Below are positions 59,185-64,000 of a stretch of 64,000 nt of DNA, piece after piece (within the stretch, counting starts at the first letter, position 1; each line of letters opens with the position of its first letter). The position numbers and the translations under genes were made by a program. Under the pieces are notes generated by a model. The model saw only the letters and a list, made by a program, of their open reading frames with translations, made no database searches and had not been told where the DNA came from. The stretch lies in the NCBI RefSeq assembly GCF_009914755.1, contig NC_060926.1; one strand, 5' to 3'. This stretch comes from the human T2T-CHM13v2.0 reference genome, Homo sapiens.

Positions 59185-60278
59185 CTACATTGGCAAAAAC
59201 TTGACCATACTCATGGACTTGCATAGGGGGTCCAAGTGGAGAAGAAAAGCACACACTTCCATGTCAGGCTGGATTTATTGTTCTGGGTACAAGAGGCAGA
59301 GACTCTTGATTCAGTGAACTGTCCCAAGGAGCAGAGTGATTTTAATAATTTCATCAGCAGTTGATTGAAACATGAACTTAATTATGGTCCTTATTTTTTT
59401 TTTTTAAGTTGAAGTCCCAGCAATGTCTTGGAGTGAGTAGAATACATAGAATAAGGAACCCAAAGACTTTGAAGGCTGCAGCTTCATCCCGAATAACTGG
59501 ATCATTGTCTTATAGTCATCCCCTTTCTCATTTTATTTTGTATAAGATGCACTGGTTTTGGTTAACCTTATAATTTTGTCCTAAATTGAAGATATTATAA
59601 GTGGATTAAATCTTAACTAGAAAAATAGACATCCCTAGATCATGCCCTTAGAGTTAGTGCGGTAACTGATGAGGCCTGGGGCGTCAGTGGTTCCATGAAG
59701 GATAGTTAAAACACATTAGGCAAGAGGGAGAAGGGTTTCTGCACCTCTAAAAAGGCTGACTTTGATGGGCATGGAGTGTTCTTCTCTTGTTTTTTGCTGT
59801 TCAACATCCAATCCTCTCTCTTTTTGGGTAATAGTCCCACATGTAATATACTAATGTCTAATTGACATATGTATGTTATACAATTGCATAAAACATATGC
59901 AATCATAGAATTGTATAATAATTGTATAAAATAGGATTAGACATTAATATACATATCTGCGCTCCCTACATCTAAAACTGATGAGAAGATCCACCTTTCC
60001 TGACCCCAGCAGCCAGGCTTCAAGCTGACTGAGGCTCCTGAATTGGATACCTCTTCCTGGTACTTTTAACCTGGAGAGAAGGCATATTTGGGATTTGTTT
60101 AGGTAGGTGTTAGCATCCCCATTGGTCTAGCCATGAAGCCTCCAGCCTTTCTTGAGGTCAGTTGTTTCCACAAGTTTCCTGTTAGCTTTTTGGGTCACTT
60201 GTATCATTCTAATAACTTCCTCTTTGTTTAAGTTATACAGAGTTGTTTTTTATTTCCTACAATCAGGAAACTTTGTCT

Positions 60279-61949
60279 CTGCTGTAAGAACTCAGAGACA
60301 ACAACAAATAAATGGAAAAACATTCCATGTCCATGCCAATATCATAAAAATGGCCACACTGCCCAAAGCAATTTATAGATTCAATGCTATTTTTATCAAA
60401 CTACCAATGTCATTCTTCACAGAACTAGAAAAAAACTATTCTACAATTCATGTGGAACCAAAACAGAGCTCAAATAGCCAAAGCAATCCTAAACAAAAAG
60501 AATAAAGCTGGTGACATTACACTACCCAATTTCAAACTATATTATAAAGCCACAGTAACTAAAACAGCATGGTACTTGTACAAAACCAGACACATAGACC
60601 AATGGAAAAGAATAGAAAACTCAGAAATAAAGCCACACACCTACAACCATCTGATCTTTGACAAGGCCAACAAAAACAAACAATGGAGAAAGGACTCCCT
60701 ATTCACTAAATGATGCTGGGATAGCTGGCTAGCCATATGCAGAAGGCTGAATCTGGACCCCTACCCTTTACCACATACAAAAATTAACTCAAAATAGATT
60801 AAAGATATAAATGTAAATCTAAACCAATAAAAATCCTGGAAGGCAATCTAAGAAATACTCTTCTCGACATTGGCCTTGCCACATAATTTTTGGCTAAGTC
60901 CCAAAATGCAATTGCAACAAAAACAAAAATAGACAAGAGGGACCTAATTAAAGAGTTTCCGCACAGCAAAAGAAACTATCAACAGAGCAGACAGACAACC
61001 TACAGAACAGGAGAAGATATTCACAAATTATGTATATGACAAAGGCCTAATATCCAGAATCTACAGGGAACTTAAGTCAACAAGCCAAAAACAAATAACC
61101 TCATTAAAACATGAGCCAAGGACATGAACAGATACTTTGCAAAAGAACATATACAAGCAGCCAACAAACATATGAAGAAATGCTCAACATAACTATCAGA
61201 GAACTGCAAATCAATCAAAACCATGATGAGATATTATCTCACACCAATCTAAATGGCTATTACTAAAAAGTCAAAAAGCAATAGATGCTGGTAGGCCTCC
61301 AGAGAAAAGGGAATGCTTATACACTCTTGGTGGGAATGTAAATTAGCCTAGCCACTGTGGAAAGCGGTTTGGGGATTCCCCAAAGAACTGAAAACAGAGC
61401 TACCATTTGGCCCAGCAATCCCATTACTGGGTATATACCTGAACAGCAATCCCATTACTGGGTATATACCTGAAAGAAAATAAATTATTCTACCAAAAAG
61501 ACACATGAACTCATACATTCATCACTGGACTATTCACAATAGCAAAGACATGGAATCAACTCAGGTGCCCATCAATGGTAGACTTGATAAAGAAAACCAC
61601 CATGGAATAATATGCAGCCATAAAAGAGAATGAAGTCGTGTTCTTTGCAGGGACATGGATGGAGCTGGAGGTCATAATCCTAAGCAAATTAACACAGGAA
61701 CAGAAAATCAAATACCGCATGTTCTCACGTGGGAGCTAAGCATTGAGCACACATGGACATAAACAAGGGAACAATAGATACTGTGGACAACCGGGGTGGG
61801 AGGTAAGAAACTTCCTATCAGGTATGATGCTCACTACCATGGTGATGGGATCCATATTCCGAACCTCAACATCACGCAATATTTTCATGTAACAAATCTG
61901 CACTTGTACCCCTGTATCTAAAATAAATGTTGAAAAAAGAAGAAAAAAA
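60279..61949 (+). mobile_element. 5'-truncated L1 (L1PA15/16-like)
   Basis: ORF2 remnants ('[15 protein letters not shown]', '[19 protein letters not shown]'), 3'UTR and A-rich tail; TSD gaaactttgtct (60267-78) / gaaattttgtct (61950-61). Confidence 0.93.
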
Positions 61950-62419
61950 GAAATTTTGTCTAACAGACTTTAAAAGAACCTTCAGAGGAATCAAGCTGTC
62001 TTATTTGCTGTGTGTCCTCGGACAATTCACTTAGCCTCTCTGGGTCCCAGGTTCCCTGGCTTTAGTAGAAGAAGCGGAATTGATCTATCCAGTTCCCTAG
62101 CATCTCTAAAATTATGTGAGCCTAGATTCTCAGCTATATAAAAGTTTAAAATATAAAATATAATAAAATTTCAAATACATAATTTAAAGAAAAGAAAATG
62201 CAGAACAATTATTTTTATGGAGAATCATCTGTGCAGTCTTCATCACTTCTGACATTGGGAGAAACTTTTCCACATGCCTAGATTCTATGAGACTCACCAG
62301 AAGTCACGAGATGCTCTTGTTGACTGAAAAATGCATGCAGGGGTCATCACTGTGCCTGTGAAGGGGGAGTATGTGTTGACATTACAGATGTGGAGTTGTT
62401 CTTAAAAATACAATAACCA

Positions 62420-62640
62420 AAACAGTAATATTCCCTTACGTTTCTACAATGCTTTCAGTTTCCAAAACCATTTCACATCCATTATCTCATTTGATTCTCA
62501 CAACAACCCTGTGAGTCATTATCCCCATTTCACAGCTGAGAAACCAAGACTCCAAAAGGTTAATTCACTTGTCCAGGGTCACCTAACTAGTAATTGGCAA
62601 ATTCTCAACCAGGACCTAAATCTTCTGCTTCTAACTGTAG
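62420..62640 (-). mobile_element. MIR SINE
   Basis: 'ctcatttgattctcacaacaaccctgtgag...ccccatttcacagctgagaaaccaagactc...ggttaattcacttgtccagggtcac'. Confidence 0.85.
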
Positions 62641-64000
62641 TGGCCTTTCTGCCCTTTGTAGATAGAATGCCTGCGGATCTCTTCTCTTTGCTTTCTCATC
62701 ACTGCAGAGTAGGTGTTGCATTCCTTCATATTTTGCTCTTTGTGACATTCTCATGATACCAACTATCATGATTTGTATTGTTTTCCTTTCCAAATATAGT
62801 CCAATCCCTTTCCAACAATGCTTTGCTTAATCTACCTGGATTACACAAGGAACTAAAACCAATATTTCCTTTCTGATTTAACATAATCTATTTTATCCAT
62901 TTTTAAAAAGAGATTATTCTGTAGAAATGGCATGTAAATCCACAAAATAAACAAAGTCACTTTCCTCTGGACTCTAGACAAATAACCTGAAAATAATCCT
63001 GGCAAGATTGTGTTTGCAGAGCTAAAAAGTGCTGAGAAAAATAAATAAATAAATAACTCACAGTCTCTATAGCAGTTCCCCTTCTTCTCCTCCTGTTCAT
63101 GGATGTGAATTTATGACTTTTCTTCCCAGGTCAAAGTTAAATGAATTCATCAGTAGAACCTATAATTAATATGAGTGGTTAATTCTAAGGCTTTCACTGC
63201 ACAATCTCAGTGACATTTTGCAGCACTGAGGGTGGCCATTAGGAGAAAATGTGCTCACCAATGAGTGCATACTGAAATTAGCAATAAAACATTTGTCTCT
63301 CCATTTCACATACAATTTGGCCTAAGAAGAATAAGACAAACAGACCCTCTATGGCAGGGCAGTCCCTGAAAATTCCTCCACAACCCAAGAGTATCCAGGC
63401 TTTGAGGAAAATACATGTTTCACCTGTCTTTTGAAAAACTCAGTACATTAATTATCCCAAAATAGAGAAACTAAGAGAAATTAAGCATGCATGGTTCATA
63501 TGACAATGAATTTCATTATACAAAGATTCCAAACAGCACGTTACTAATTTCCAAATTTTAAAAAGAAAAAAAAAGACACTCTGAGATATATATAATTTTT
63601 TTTATGAGGCCATGCACGTGATAAAAACATAGATTAGGCTATGAATATATATTCCTTTACTTTTAAAATTAATTGTGCATACAGACAAAATTTTTACATT
63701 TCAAGGGTTGAGTTACATAACCATACAACCCAGGGCATATTTTTTTAACTTTCTAAATAAGAAATTAAAAATATTTTCTGATCTCCCCCTCTATGCCATC
63801 AAAGTGTTGAGCCAATGATTGATTCAACGTTCAAAGGTAGATAATATTTTTATGTATATAAAGTAAATTTAGAAAAACAGTTACTTCATTCATTTACTCA
63901 TGTACCCATCCTATATTGTGAAGCCCCATTAAATGCCTATGTCAGTTGCTAAGTTTACAACTTTGTCTGGAGAATTCTGTGATTGGATGTCTAGAAAGTT

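Noticed and set aside
60152-60713. ORFs with real L1 ORF2 peptide similarity
   Set aside because: Frameshifted fragments of a 5'-truncated dead L1, not a host gene

Overview
Primate (very probably human) genomic DNA with no recognisable protein-coding gene. Much of the window is transposable-element remnants. These include 12 Alus (J/S/Y types, most with visible target-site duplications, TSDs), several old L1s (L1MA-, L1MC-, L1ME/L1MB-, L1PA16-like), HAL1, L2 and MIR fragments, MaLR LTRs (MST, MLT1, THE1) and DNA transposons (MER104-, MER6B-, Tigger2a-, MER45-like, MADE1). There are four minisatellites (30, ~46, 31/32 and 41/42 bp units) and several microsatellites. Subfamily names come from recalled consensus motifs, not a RepeatMasker run. 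The ORFs I examined are either repeat-derived (Alu, VNTR, L1/L2) or resemble no protein I recognise. A few well-formed + strand splice-site pairs and a CCAAT/GC/TATA arrangement hint at a spliced lncRNA, but this is inference only. I found no convincing new biological system. The most notable signals are mutational and retrotransposition scars (twin-primed L1, a fold-back duplication at an Alu 5' junction, a perfect palindrome in an old LTR, a perfect duplication in an old L1), minisatellites born inside transposons, and candidate developmental enhancers.
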